A stretch of DNA of 61,447 bases, the filler included. It is 10 parts of 10 records of this genome, joined end to end, with 100 filler letters (N's around TTAATTAATTAA, not from the genome) between each part and the next. Parts side by side here need not be neighbours in the genome. Positions count along the whole stretch, not along the records: positions 49,929 to 55,554 come from SRR31156797_71445; positions 55,655 to 61,447 come from SRR31156797_71585; 8 more parts are not named here. One strand, written 5' to 3'. Positions 49,829 to 59,276 of the stretch are shown one piece after another; positions within the stretch are counted from its first letter, which is position 1, and each line of letters starts with the position of its first letter. Both the position numbers and the translations under genes were made by a program. The notes below the pieces were generated by a model, which did not search any database, was not told where the DNA came from, and saw nothing but the letters and a program-made list of their open reading frames with translations.

Positions 49829-49928
49829 NNNNNNNNNNNNNNNNNNNNNNNNNNNNNNNNNNNNNNNNNNNNTTAATTAATTAANNNNNNNNNNNNNNNN
49901 NNNNNNNNNNNNNNNNNNNNNNNNNNNN
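49829..49928. other. Artificial contig linker 8
   Basis: N-run + TTAATTAATTAA + N-run. Confidence 0.99.
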
Positions 49929-50445
49929 CTTCAGGGTCATTGCCGCCACCAACCGGGACATCCACCAGGCCATGGCCCAAAAGGTTTTCAGGAAAGACCT
50001 GTTCTACCGCCTCAACGTAATCTCCTTCACCATGCCGCCCCTGAGACAGCGACGGGAGGACATCCCCCTGCTGGCGGACCATTTCCTTCAAAAATTCGTA
50101 CAGGAAACCAACAAAAACATCCATGGGATCAACCGGAGGGCCATGGACGAACTCATGCTCTACGACTGGCCGGGCAATGTCAGGGAACTCTCCAATGCCA
50201 TTGAACGGGCCGTGGTCGTTTGCAAGTGCCCCACCATCGAGGCCTGCCACCTGCCCATGGCAGTGCCCGACGGCAACAATTCCCCCCGGGAGCGCCTCAC
50301 CCTAGCGGAGATCGAACAGGGCCACATTGAGCTGGTGCTGTGCAAAAACCATTGGAATATCGCCAAAAGCGCTTCCATCCTCGGCATCGACCGCTCCACC
50401 CTCTACAACAAGATCAGGAAATACTGTCTGAGAAAAAACGCCTGA
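49929..50445 (+). CDS. Sigma-54-dependent Fis-family enhancer-binding protein, 5'-truncated
   Basis: RVIAATNRD, FRKDLFYRLNV, PPLRQRREDI, WPGNVREL, HTH WNIAKSASILGIDRSTLYNK. Confidence 0.93.
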
Positions 50446-51358
50446 CCACCCTCTCCCGGTCATGCCCCGGCACCCGCCCCATGATATCCCTGACACGGGT
50501 TGCCCTGTCAACCGTGCCGGGGCCTGCCGCCTGTTCAAGAAAGGCGCAGAGACGGTCGACTTCACCCGCCATGAACGCCCGGGCCTCTTCCATGAACATG
50601 AGGGTTGAAAGCGCCGTCCTCAACTCCCTGGAATACACCCGGAGAATCCAGCCATGGGTATAGGGATGGCCGTGGGCAAGCCCCGGCTGGTTCATCACCT
50701 CAGCATTCACCGCCGTGACAACCCCTGTGACAGGCGAAGGAAAGCCGGCCCTGATCCCCCTTTGCCGGACGGTGATAGCCGCCTGCCCCTGGCGGACCAC
50801 CTTGCCCACCAGGGGAGCATCCATGGCGTCCGGGTCCGGGTCCGGATCCGAAAAGCCCAGGATTTGCCAGGCAAAATCGTCGATCCCGATCCTCACCTCA
50901 CCATCCCCCTCGATGCTCACCCAGGTGTGGCCCTGGTGGAAATAATAGCCCGCGGGAAGCAGCACCCCCTTGACATTGGCGAATTCAACGGGCGTCACCA
51001 TTGTGTACACCCGGTACTGGTCGTTAAAGTACTGGTCAAAATCGCAATTGATGCACCGATAATCCCGGTGACAGGCCCGAAAACCGATATGCCCCCTCAT
51101 GTGGTGAACACAGGGCTGCTTTGCCAGGGGCAGCCGCCGCAGGCGATCCTTCCAGAAAATAAAGCGCCCCCGCCTGCCCCAAGGCTCCCTGCCCTCCGCC
51201 CGCGCCCGCCGGTTCTCGTGACAGACCCGGTTCATGGCCCTGTCGAACCGGCAGGCCGCGCAATCATACCCCCTGCGGCAAATCTTTTTCCGGACCACCC
51301 CCGCCTGCATCCAGAGACAGGAGGGCGGACCGAACGCACATTCCTTGAGCGGTTTCAC
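50414..51358 (-). CDS. GcvH-fold protein lacking the lipoyl lysine, with two N-terminal Cys4 motifs (paralogue B)
   Basis: YYFHQGHTWV..VRIGIDDF..SPVTGVVTAVN..PYTHGWI; the ESVK position reads RQRG. GTG start at 51358 after GGAGG. Confidence 0.8.
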   Translation of the reverse strand: MKPLKECAFGPPSCLWMQAGVVRKKICRRGYDCAACRFDRAMNRVCHENRRARAEGREPWGRRGRFIFWKDRLRRLPLAKQPCVHHMRGHIGFRACHRDYRCINCDFDQYFNDQYRVYTMVTPVEFANVKGVLLPAGYYFHQGHTWVSIEGDGEVRIGIDDFAWQILGFSDPDPDPDAMDAPLVGKVVRQGQAAITVRQRGIRAGFPSPVTGVVTAVNAEVMNQPGLAHGHPYTHGWILRVYSRELRTALSTLMFMEEARAFMAGEVDRLCAFLEQAAGPGTVDRATRVRDIMGRVPGHDRERVVRRFFSDSIS

Positions 51359-51379
51359 TGGAGTGCCTCCCCCCAAGCC

Positions 51380-52243
51380 TCAGGTGCCAAGAAAGGCCCG
51401 GGTCAGGTTCTCCCACCCAAGCCCCGGGAAAGAACCGAACAGGTCCAGCCCAAAATCCCCGGGCCCTGCCACGGCTTCGATCATGCCTTCAAGCCGCGCC
51501 ACCTCAGCCGTCATCCACTCAAGGCTCTTTGCGTTATCCATGAGGGATTTCACCGCCCGCCTGGGATCCGGGCAGATAACGGAAAAGAGCCACCCATCCC
51601 TGTAGGGATCCGTTCCCTCCCAGTCATTGACATCCACGATCACCCCGTCCACCGGAGAGAGGAACCTTGCGCGATGGCCGTGGCTCTCCATGAACCAGCC
51701 CACGCTTCTAAAACGCAGCTCGGTTCCTGGCAACGGCAGGTCAAACCTGTCAGGCTCCCCGAACACCCTCTGGACAAAACCGTCAATGCCCACCCTGACA
51801 CGGCCGCCGCTCTCGATCCGGGCCCAGGTGTGCCCATGGTGGAAATAGTACCCCCCGGGCACCTCAATCCCCTTGACAGATGGCCTACCTGAGACTTCTA
51901 TGCTCAGTCCCGGGGTCATCACATCCTCGAAGAGCTGATCAAATTCGCAGTTGACGCAGTGGTAATCATAGGGACAGACCCTTTTCTCAATGCGCCTTGT
52001 CAAGGAATGGCGACACACCCGTTCCGTGCCGCCCTTTTTGCGCATGGCATCCTGCCAGCTCACCTGCTCACCGGAAGCCGCTTTTTTCCCCATGGCCGCA
52101 TCGTAGCTGCAGGTGGTGCAGCTGTAAAAATTATTGCAGCGCTTCTTTTTCACGGCCCCGGCCGCCATCCACAAACAAGGTGGATAATCCCCCCCTGCCT
52201 TGTCACGGGTAACCGTCCATACCTGGTTTATTGCCCTTTCCAT
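51380..52243 (-). CDS. GcvH-fold protein lacking the lipoyl lysine, with two N-terminal Cys4 motifs (paralogue A)
   Basis: YYFHHGHTWA..VRVGIDGF..SPVDGVIVDVN..DPYRDGWL; the ESVK position reads ESHG. GGGAGG RBS. Confidence 0.8.
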   Translation of the reverse strand: MERAINQVWTVTRDKAGGDYPPCLWMAAGAVKKKRCNNFYSCTTCSYDAAMGKKAASGEQVSWQDAMRKKGGTERVCRHSLTRRIEKRVCPYDYHCVNCEFDQLFEDVMTPGLSIEVSGRPSVKGIEVPGGYYFHHGHTWARIESGGRVRVGIDGFVQRVFGEPDRFDLPLPGTELRFRSVGWFMESHGHRARFLSPVDGVIVDVNDWEGTDPYRDGWLFSVICPDPRRAVKSLMDNAKSLEWMTAEVARLEGMIEAVAGPGDFGLDLFGSFPGLGWENLTRAFLGT

Positions 52244-52283
52244 GGTTTACCTCCCTTTTCACACTTCTCTCTGACCATGGAAG

Positions 52284-52299
52284 AGCAACATCGATACCA
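52284..52299 (-). promoter_or_regulatory. Sigma-54 -24/-12 promoter
   Basis: Minus strand TGGTATCGATGTTGCT = GG-N10-GC, 40 bp upstream of the ATG. Confidence 0.82.
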
Positions 52300-52326
52300 G
52301 CAGGCCATCATCGTCCAACAGCACAG

Positions 52327-52339
52327 CAACGCATTGATT
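52327..52339 (-). promoter_or_regulatory. IHF binding site
   Basis: Minus strand AATCAATGCGTTG matches WATCAANNNNTTR, between the promoter and the UAS. Confidence 0.72.
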
Positions 52340-52392
52340 TAAAAGAATATTTCACCCACAACCGATTTCCCTGGAATTCGAGACAAAGAATA

Positions 52393-52501
52393 GGGCGTTG
52401 AAGAATCCAACACCCTTCAGCGATCAATTAAGGGACACGGCCGTCCATGCCCGGCAAGGAATTGATCGCATTTTCCAACAACAGATTCTAATTTTCCAAC
52501 A
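52393..52501. promoter_or_regulatory. Candidate upstream activator sequences
   Basis: Imperfect palindrome GGGCGTTG-N7-CAACACCC (52393-52415); ATTTTCCAACA direct repeats at 52470 and 52491, 21 bp apart. Confidence 0.6.
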
Positions 52502-52716
52502 CCCTCGGAAAACCGGGATCTCTACCAGCTCTCCGTGCCGATAGCGTCTTCACCTGAAGCCATCGAGGTTATCAGCGACCGCCCCCATGGGTGGTGCAGA
52601 TCAGATCGCCTGTTTTAACCTGGATTCCGTTAATCGTATATAAATAAAACATGCATATCTCCTTAGGCATTGGGTTTAGGGAAAAACTCCGCAGCCGGAA
52701 TTTCCCAAGCTGTCAT

Positions 52717-53736
52717 CTATGAGGATTGTGTATCGGCAACATCCTGAACAAATTTCCCCAGGATCTCATTGATTTTGGCGTGATTCTGATTCCCTTCTTC
52801 CATCAGGGTTTTATGAACCTGTGCCGCGTCCGCTGTGATTTTCTGTTGATACCTTAGCAATTTCCCATTGTATTTATCCTGAAGAAGTTGCTCCTGGATG
52901 AGCGGATCAATGACAGGTTCCGGTATGATCAATGCCTGTACCGTTTCAACCAGGCGATTGAGGATATTATAAACAAGGTTTGCCGAAAATCCGCCAAGCA
53001 ATGCCAGTGTCACCCGGAGCATCGCCTTTGATGCAGCAGCTTGCTCAACCATTGCCGTAGTCGTTGCCATTCCACCACCGATTTCCTCAAGGTCAAGGGG
53101 AATCAACTGGGTCAAAATAATTCCGGAAATCAGTCCCACAATCAAGCGCACCCAGTAGGAACTCTCATATTTCGGGTCAAAGGTCCCGGCGGTGATATAG
53201 GAATTGGCCCTGTATAATATGATAAAAGAAGCCCCAATCGCTGCCGAAGCAAGCAGAATCGCCTGTACCATAAGCAATTTTTTTCCATTGAGCTCAAACA
53301 TGCTCTTTACAACTTGCTCCCCGCTGATATCGCTTGAGAGGCTTATGGCGATCAGGGATACCAGGGACATTATTGCCACAAACATCATTTGACGAATAAG
53401 CGGCACCTTGCCGATGAAAAAAAACAGACTCTTTTTCTCAGCTTCACTGGCAATCAGCAAAATGGTCTGGGGTTTGGCGGGCTTTACTATTTCAGACAAC
53501 TCATTATGGATCGTTGTCAGAACCTCTGCTTTTCCCGCATCACTTATCACGCTATTCTCCGCGTCTTCCTCCCTCCCCTCCTCTGCCCTCCGGTGTTCCT
53601 CCTTAAACTCTTCAAGCGCCCGGGCAATATCCGGGGAAACGGTTAACCCATTGGCAAAAGCGTAGTTCAACATCGCAACGCACTCTTTTTCCAGCGTGGT
53701 TATGAATCCGGCCTGACGACCGTCTAAATTACCCAT
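52717..53736 (-). CDS. Hypothetical membrane protein (about 4 TM)
   Basis: AAGGAGG RBS before ATG 53736; TM segments flank TFDPKYESSYWVR and LALLGGFSANLVYNILNRLV. Confidence 0.7.
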   Translation of the reverse strand: MGNLDGRQAGFITTLEKECVAMLNYAFANGLTVSPDIARALEEFKEEHRRAEEGREEDAENSVISDAGKAEVLTTIHNELSEIVKPAKPQTILLIASEAEKKSLFFFIGKVPLIRQMMFVAIMSLVSLIAISLSSDISGEQVVKSMFELNGKKLLMVQAILLASAAIGASFIILYRANSYITAGTFDPKYESSYWVRLIVGLISGIILTQLIPLDLEEIGGGMATTTAMVEQAAASKAMLRVTLALLGGFSANLVYNILNRLVETVQALIIPEPVIDPLIQEQLLQDKYNGKLLRYQQKITADAAQVHKTLMEEGNQNHAKINEILGKFVQDVADTQSS

Positions 53737-53926
53737 CACATCCTCCTTGATTTTAGTCACACGTCCCTGTTCGCTTTTGCGCACTGCCCATATGACGAAC
53801 GATTCTTCAACCGAATTGTGTTAAACGGTCATTTTCGCCAACATGATAAAATATTAGGGTGCCAAGAGTGCAGATCAGCCCCCCCTTTGACCATGCCCCC
53901 GGCTCACGGCAAACCGCTCTTTGCAG

Positions 53927-54118
53927 TTATCGAGGCAGACCCGCCAGCAGCGGATCGAGAAAAACCACATCAATACTGTTCTCCTTCAACAATTTTCTGG
54001 CCCCGGCCATTGTCCCGGCCTCACAAATCACAGGGATGCCATCGTGGGCAGAGACCCGATGGGACAGATCGTGCCGAACACATGCTTCATCGTCGATGAT
54101 CATCGCTCTCAGAGGCAT
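53927..54118 (-). pseudogene. Truncated response-regulator receiver domain
   Basis: MPLRAMIIDDE...VICEA...DVVFLD then an early stop. Confidence 0.6.
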
Positions 54119-54389
54119 TTGGCTGACTCCACGGGTGTTGGGGATAAAAAGGACCGTTGACGGGTGTTGGCCTGCGGAAGAGTTTGAGGCAAGCAGTGCC
54201 CGCCAAACCATGTCAATGGTTATAGGACGTTTCAAGCAAGCCTGTCAAGTTGGGGTGTGTGAAAAATCCTCGGGCACGGGCGTTGCCGCTTTGGTTACAT
54301 CCATATCGATACGTATGATGATTCTTTTTTCTGTCGGCCAGCAATTGGTTGAATCTTGCTTCCTCCTTTAGCCATTCTTCCCGGGTGGG

Positions 54390-54528
54390 GGTGGTTAACA
54401 ATATCAAAGAGGAGTTTCTCACGATCCTCCGGATGGCTTGCGGCGTAGTTGAGCATCAAGCGGCCCATGGGCAGATGCACTTCCGGCCGTTGATCCTTGG
54501 GGATCAATCCATCGGCTGCCTCCAGCAC
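54390..54528 (-). pseudogene. Fragment of an AAA-ATPase/Ser-Thr-kinase-type hybrid sensor
   Basis: EAADGLIPKDQRPEVHLPMGRLML...LLFDIVNH resembles the internal QAAYSLIP..HL.IG..LFDIVNH motif; no flanking domains. Confidence 0.5.
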
Positions 54529-54847
54529 CTGTCGTGGAGGAATTAGTGTTGTTTGACAATCAAGGGAGAATCAAGTTTTTCAGGGGCTGTACCAGCCCTT
54601 CCCCTTCAGAATAAAGGGTTTCATACATTTCCCCCTTTATTACAATAAGAATCTAAAAATACATCAAAATCAAACGTAAATATTAAGGGAGTCATTTGAG
54701 CGTTCGCACATAACCCTGGCAGTCATTCAACACTCAATCCTTATTTTGAAAGCGACAGCAAGTGTTTCCGAATCAAATACCCATTATATGTAGGGTGTTA
54801 ACCGCCCCCCCCTTTTTCTTTTTTTTCTTTTTTACCCACGTTAAAAC

Positions 54848-54876
54848 TTGACAAGTTATTTTATGCGCAATATGTT
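54848..54876 (+). promoter_or_regulatory. Putative sigma-70 promoter
   Basis: TTGACA-N17-TATGTT upstream of 54914. Confidence 0.6.
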
Positions 54877-54913
54877 ATAGTCGAACTTTAACACCAATGG
54901 AGCAAAATACAAC

Positions 54914-55435
54914 ATGGCAAAAAATAGCTCAGAAATAGATATGATGGAAGGACTGTTTAATTCGTTCAGGGATGCCCTCGCAATCCCCTCTAAGCAGGAT
55001 ATCGAGGCGCTGAACGATAAACTTGACAGGATTGAAAAAATGCTTCTTGAAGCAGCTGCCGCTGAAAAAGTGGCGCCGGCAAAAGAAGCACCGGAGGCAG
55101 TGGAAAAAGAAGAAGCTGCACCAGCAGTAGAAGTGAAGAAAGCTGCTCCGGTGGAGAAGAAGAAACCTGCACCGGCCAAAAAGAAGAAACCCGCGCCGGC
55201 CAAAGCGAAAAAGCCTGCAGCAGCAAAAAAGAAAAAGGCTCCGGCAAAAAAGAAAGAGGCAGCCTCAGACAAAGTTCTTGACGTTATCAGGAAACAGGAC
55301 GAGGGTGCGGATTTCAAAAAAATCAAAGCCGAAACAAAGTTTGATGATAAGAAAATCCGGAATATCATCTTCAGACTGCACAAGCTTGGACAGATCGAAA
55401 AAGTAAAAAGGGGCGTTTACAAAACAGCCTCATAG
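54914..55435 (+). CDS. Putative nucleoid-associated protein: coiled coil + Lys/Ala/Pro-rich linker + winged helix
   Basis: IPSKQDIEALNDKLDRIEKML; KKKPAPA repeats; C-terminal VLDVIRK..IKAETKFDDKKIRNIIFRLHKLGQIEKVKRGVY. Confidence 0.72.
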   Translation: MAKNSSEIDMMEGLFNSFRDALAIPSKQDIEALNDKLDRIEKMLLEAAAAEKVAPAKEAPEAVEKEEAAPAVEVKKAAPVEKKKPAPAKKKKPAPAKAKKPAAAKKKKAPAKKKEAASDKVLDVIRKQDEGADFKKIKAETKFDDKKIRNIIFRLHKLGQIEKVKRGVYKTAS

Positions 55436-55459
55436 CTTTCGCTTTTCCCGAGAAAAAGG

Positions 55460-55495
55460 ATAGAACGGGTGGAGTCAGAGCTACGCCCGTTCTAT
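55460..55495 (+). terminator. Stem-loop downstream of 54914-55435
   Basis: ATAGAACGGGTG...CGCCCGTTCTAT inverted repeat. Confidence 0.5.
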
Positions 55496-55554
55496 TCAAC
55501 TGCTTCAAATCATTCCTGTTACAAGCCCCGGACGCCTGAAAACCGCTGGCACCA

Positions 55555-55654
55555 NNNNNNNNNNNNNNNNNNNNNNNNNNNNNNNNNNNNNNNNNNNNTT
55601 AATTAATTAANNNNNNNNNNNNNNNNNNNNNNNNNNNNNNNNNNNNNNNNNNNN
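55555..55654. other. Artificial contig linker 9
   Basis: N-run + TTAATTAATTAA + N-run. Confidence 0.99.
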
Positions 55655-55680
55655 ATTTGAAGATAGGTTGAGGTGATGGT

Positions 55681-56229
55681 ATGGATAAAAGTACATTAGC
55701 ATTACAGAAATTATTAAATGATAAGATAGAATCAGGTCTCATCGAGGATGGTGTATATGGTCCGGCAACTGCAAAGGCTGTAAGGACATATCTTGGAGAG
55801 GATACAACATCTCAAGTAATAACAAGTGCAACAGAGCCAAAGACGGAGCATTTTTGTTTAAAGGAATATTACTCAAATGCTATTGTAGGCGGTCAGAAAA
55901 TTATTAGGTCTGTTAAGCCGCCAGAAGAATTATATAGTAATATACAACTAAGTATGGACAGGCTGGAAGAATTAAGAGAAGCCTTAGGAGGTTTACCGAT
56001 AACGATTACCAGTGGGTACAGAACACCTGATTACAACGAACATATTGGTGGTGCGGAGAATTCTGCACATATGAGAGGTTCTGCTGCTGATATTGTGGTA
56101 AAAGGGCTTAGTCCAAAGGATGTATATGCTGTTGCAGATAAGTTATATCCAGAGGGTGGTGTTGGACTGTACTCTACTTTTGTACATGTTGATTTGGATA
56201 CTGTGGTTGATAGACCTAAGAGGTGGTAA
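55681..56229 (+). CDS. Peptidoglycan-binding domain + peptidase M15A
   Basis: LQKLLN...DGVYGPATAKAV; ITSGYRT..N..IGGA.NSAHMRGSAADI, GGVGLY.TFVHVD. Confidence 0.88.
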   Translation: MDKSTLALQKLLNDKIESGLIEDGVYGPATAKAVRTYLGEDTTSQVITSATEPKTEHFCLKEYYSNAIVGGQKIIRSVKPPEELYSNIQLSMDRLEELREALGGLPITITSGYRTPDYNEHIGGAENSAHMRGSAADIVVKGLSPKDVYAVADKLYPEGGVGLYSTFVHVDLDTVVDRPKRW

Positions 56230-57011
56230 AAGCTGAGTATTAACTTCTAGCTGTATCCAAATTCTATTTTTTTTACTCTGTTTTACTATCTTTTTAATAT
56301 TACTCATCCCATTCTTATTAACAGAAGCAGTTGTTGGTCACAAATTATTAGTTGATAAAATTAGATTATCCTTTTTAGTAAGATTACCTGTTTCAGCATT
56401 TGATATCTTTAGGATTAAGGATAGCTTGTAATCAATTCTTGAAGAAGTAATTGTACTTAAAACATTTTTGATTTATCTATTATTAAATTAATTGTTGATA
56501 TATCATTAATGAGTTTTGTTATTTCGTGGCTCATGATATTCATGCAAGACTATTGTTTATATATTGAATCATGTTTTTAGGGCAATAACATGGGCGAAAA
56601 GTGTGTTTTATTAAAGACAATATCATTAATCCTATTTCTATTTATCATCAAATACAAGATATAACCCCAAAAATACAATAATACAGATAAATAACATTAC
56701 ATTTTGTGAATATTATGCTCATGACACCTGAACGGTCTTTCATAGCACAGTATTCTCCATATGGATAGATAATTAGTATATTCTTTATTTCCATTATAGA
56801 TTCTAACAGATACTGTATTGAATATATGTATGCTTGTTTAGCTTAACAGACCAGCTTTGTTTAATGGGTTAAGATTGTACACTACTTACCTTAAACTTGT
56901 CTTTTTTTTAATAATAAATGTAACATTTATGTGCAGAGAATGTGATAATTTATCGAGTTTCTTCGCATTTTTAGTGCTTTACAGTTAATATAGCATAGAG
57001 TCGCCATTTGA

Positions 57012-57040
57012 TTGACATTCATTTATAACAAATGTATAAT
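57012..57040 (+). promoter_or_regulatory. Consensus sigma-A promoter of the pel operon
   Basis: TTGACA-N17-TATAAT. Confidence 0.78.
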
Positions 57041-57105
57041 ACGCTTAAGTTATTGTAGTTTGTATAGTGTAATTTAAACAAAACAGAGAGTTATTAGGGA
57101 ATAAT

Positions 57106-59247
57106 ATGAAAGTACTTTTGATAGGTGATAATGAATTTATCGCAGAGTCTTTGATTAAAGGCTTCTTAATTGAAAAAGACGAGATTATATTAATAGGTTC
57201 TCTTGATGAGAATAAAATCAATAGCTCTGTCATGAGTAAAATAAAATTTTATCCAGAAAGTATTACATCAGAAAAAATTGAGGATATATTTATTGTAAAT
57301 AGTCCAGATGCAGTCGTGTATTTTGACAATGCATATGAGAATTTGGATAGTGAAATGACTGAGTCCCAACGGCTGGATCATGTTAACAACTTAATGAATG
57401 CACATTTTTATTCATTGAAAGCAAAAGTTTCTAAATTTATATACATTTCGTCTACTAAATTATCTGAACCTGCAACAAATAAGAATAGTGAATGGTACAA
57501 GGCTCATAGTTCATGTGAGCTGTTTTTAAATGATTTTGACTTAAATGAATCTACAAAATGTATTATTCTTAGAGTAGCAGAGCTATACGGCTATGGTTAT
57601 GATGTTGAGCACAGTATCATAAGCCGACTAGTCCAAAGTCGAATTTATGAGAATGATTACAAAGATATAGAAATGGATACGAATTATGATTTTGTTCATG
57701 TGGTTGATTTTTGCGCAACGGTACGAAGAAGTCTCTATCTGAATAAATCTCAGACATTGAATATAACATCAGGATACAAAATTCCTTCAAATATAGTAAG
57801 AAGTGCAATTGAAAATATTCTTTGGGTGGAAGAGGATTTCGTCGAAAAGTCTAAAAAGCCGGGTTTAGATAGTACTAAGACTGCTGAACTTATTGGTTAT
57901 ACACCTAAACTTGATTTCCTAGAGGGGATCAAAGAGGTATATAACGCAGAAGTAGACTATAAAAATGCTAACGGACAACAAACATTTCAGCAAAAGGTAA
58001 AAGATTTCTTCGCTAAAGTCAAGAAAACAGCTAATAAAACAGTAGACGTAACAAATCATCTTCTGAGTCTTGCTCTAGGAATACTTATGATTTTTTTCAT
58101 TACTAGAGGGTATAAGGATATTCTAGGTCTGATTGACATCAAATTACTGTATGTGCTGATAGTTGTTATGTTCTTTGATTTCAGGCAGGCAATGATAGCT
58201 GTGGTTATAGCCTGTGTAGTTACTGCATATGAGTTCGTACAGCTGGTGGATAGCAAAATTCTTGTATTGTACAATCAAGAATTAGTAAGAAATATATTTG
58301 TTCTTGCTGCAGTGGGGTTGAGCGGAGGCTTAGTACGACAAAGGAGTCTTGACCTTATAAGCAGGCATAAAAGAAACGAGATTTCACTGAGAGAACAGCT
58401 GAAACATATTAAGAACATGTACTATGAAAGTCTTACGGTTAAGGATTCGCTTCAAGGACAGATATATAATACTAATACCAGCTTTGGCAGAGTATTTAAT
58501 ATAATGTCACAATTGGACACTCTGGAACTTACCAGACTCCAGTACCAGATTATTCATTTTGCAGAAGAAATAATGCAGAATAAATATATATCCTTTTATT
58601 TACTCAACAGAAGCGGTAAATATCTGAGACTGGTATCAAAATCAGAAGCTTTGAAAGATCTTCCAGCTACTATTTTTGTTGATAAATCTGAGATGGCACA
58701 GCATATATTGAATGTACAAAAGATGTATATTAATAAAAGAATCGATAAAAACACGCAGATTATTATGGCTGCGCCGATGTTCTATACCAATAAAATAGCA
58801 GGTGTACTAATTATACATAAGGCAGATATTGAGGCATTGACATTAAGTTATTCTAATAAGTTTGGTATAACTGCCAGCCTTGCTAACCAAGCATTTACTA
58901 AAGCATTTGCCTATCACAAGTCTCAGGAAGAGCAGCTGTATATTGACGGTACAGAGGTACTTAAGGTTGAACCATTTAAGAAGAGACTTCTGCTGGTAAA
59001 TGAGCAGGTAATCAAAGGTAAAACTAGTGCAGCATTGCTTGATATTGGTACAAGAAATAGTAAGAGATATTTTGAAAAAGTAACTACCTTGGTAAGAGAT
59101 ATAGACTATGTAGGGATATCACCTACCGGCAATGTATTGATACTGTTGAATAGTATTAAGAAAAAAGACGTTATATATGTTCAAAATAGATTAATGAATA
59201 ACGGAATTAAATCACAAATAATTAATGTTGATGGCTGGGCAAATTAA
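57106..59247 (+). CDS. pelD: Gram-positive PelD-like protein: degenerate SDR + TM + GAF + degenerate GGDEF
   Basis: Epimerase-like N-terminus (FIYISS, LRVAELYG, DFVHVVD), TM block, SFGRVF..LD.L, GAF-like region, C-terminal RDID; first gene of an operon containing DUF2194. Confidence 0.78.
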   Translation: MKVLLIGDNEFIAESLIKGFLIEKDEIILIGSLDENKINSSVMSKIKFYPESITSEKIEDIFIVNSPDAVVYFDNAYENLDSEMTESQRLDHVNNLMNAHFYSLKAKVSKFIYISSTKLSEPATNKNSEWYKAHSSCELFLNDFDLNESTKCIILRVAELYGYGYDVEHSIISRLVQSRIYENDYKDIEMDTNYDFVHVVDFCATVRRSLYLNKSQTLNITSGYKIPSNIVRSAIENILWVEEDFVEKSKKPGLDSTKTAELIGYTPKLDFLEGIKEVYNAEVDYKNANGQQTFQQKVKDFFAKVKKTANKTVDVTNHLLSLALGILMIFFITRGYKDILGLIDIKLLYVLIVVMFFDFRQAMIAVVIACVVTAYEFVQLVDSKILVLYNQELVRNIFVLAAVGLSGGLVRQRSLDLISRHKRNEISLREQLKHIKNMYYESLTVKDSLQGQIYNTNTSFGRVFNIMSQLDTLELTRLQYQIIHFAEEIMQNKYISFYLLNRSGKYLRLVSKSEALKDLPATIFVDKSEMAQHILNVQKMYINKRIDKNTQIIMAAPMFYTNKIAGVLIIHKADIEALTLSYSNKFGITASLANQAFTKAFAYHKSQEEQLYIDGTEVLKVEPFKKRLLLVNEQVIKGKTSAALLDIGTRNSKRYFEKVTTLVRDIDYVGISPTGNVLILLNSIKKKDVIYVQNRLMNNGIKSQIINVDGWAN

Positions 59248-59276
59248 ATTTGCTGAATATAGGAAAGAGAACAATT

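Noticed and set aside
50414-52243. Canonical gcvH genes
   Set aside because: The lipoyl lysine is absent, there are extra Cys-rich domains, and no gcvP/T/L is nearby.
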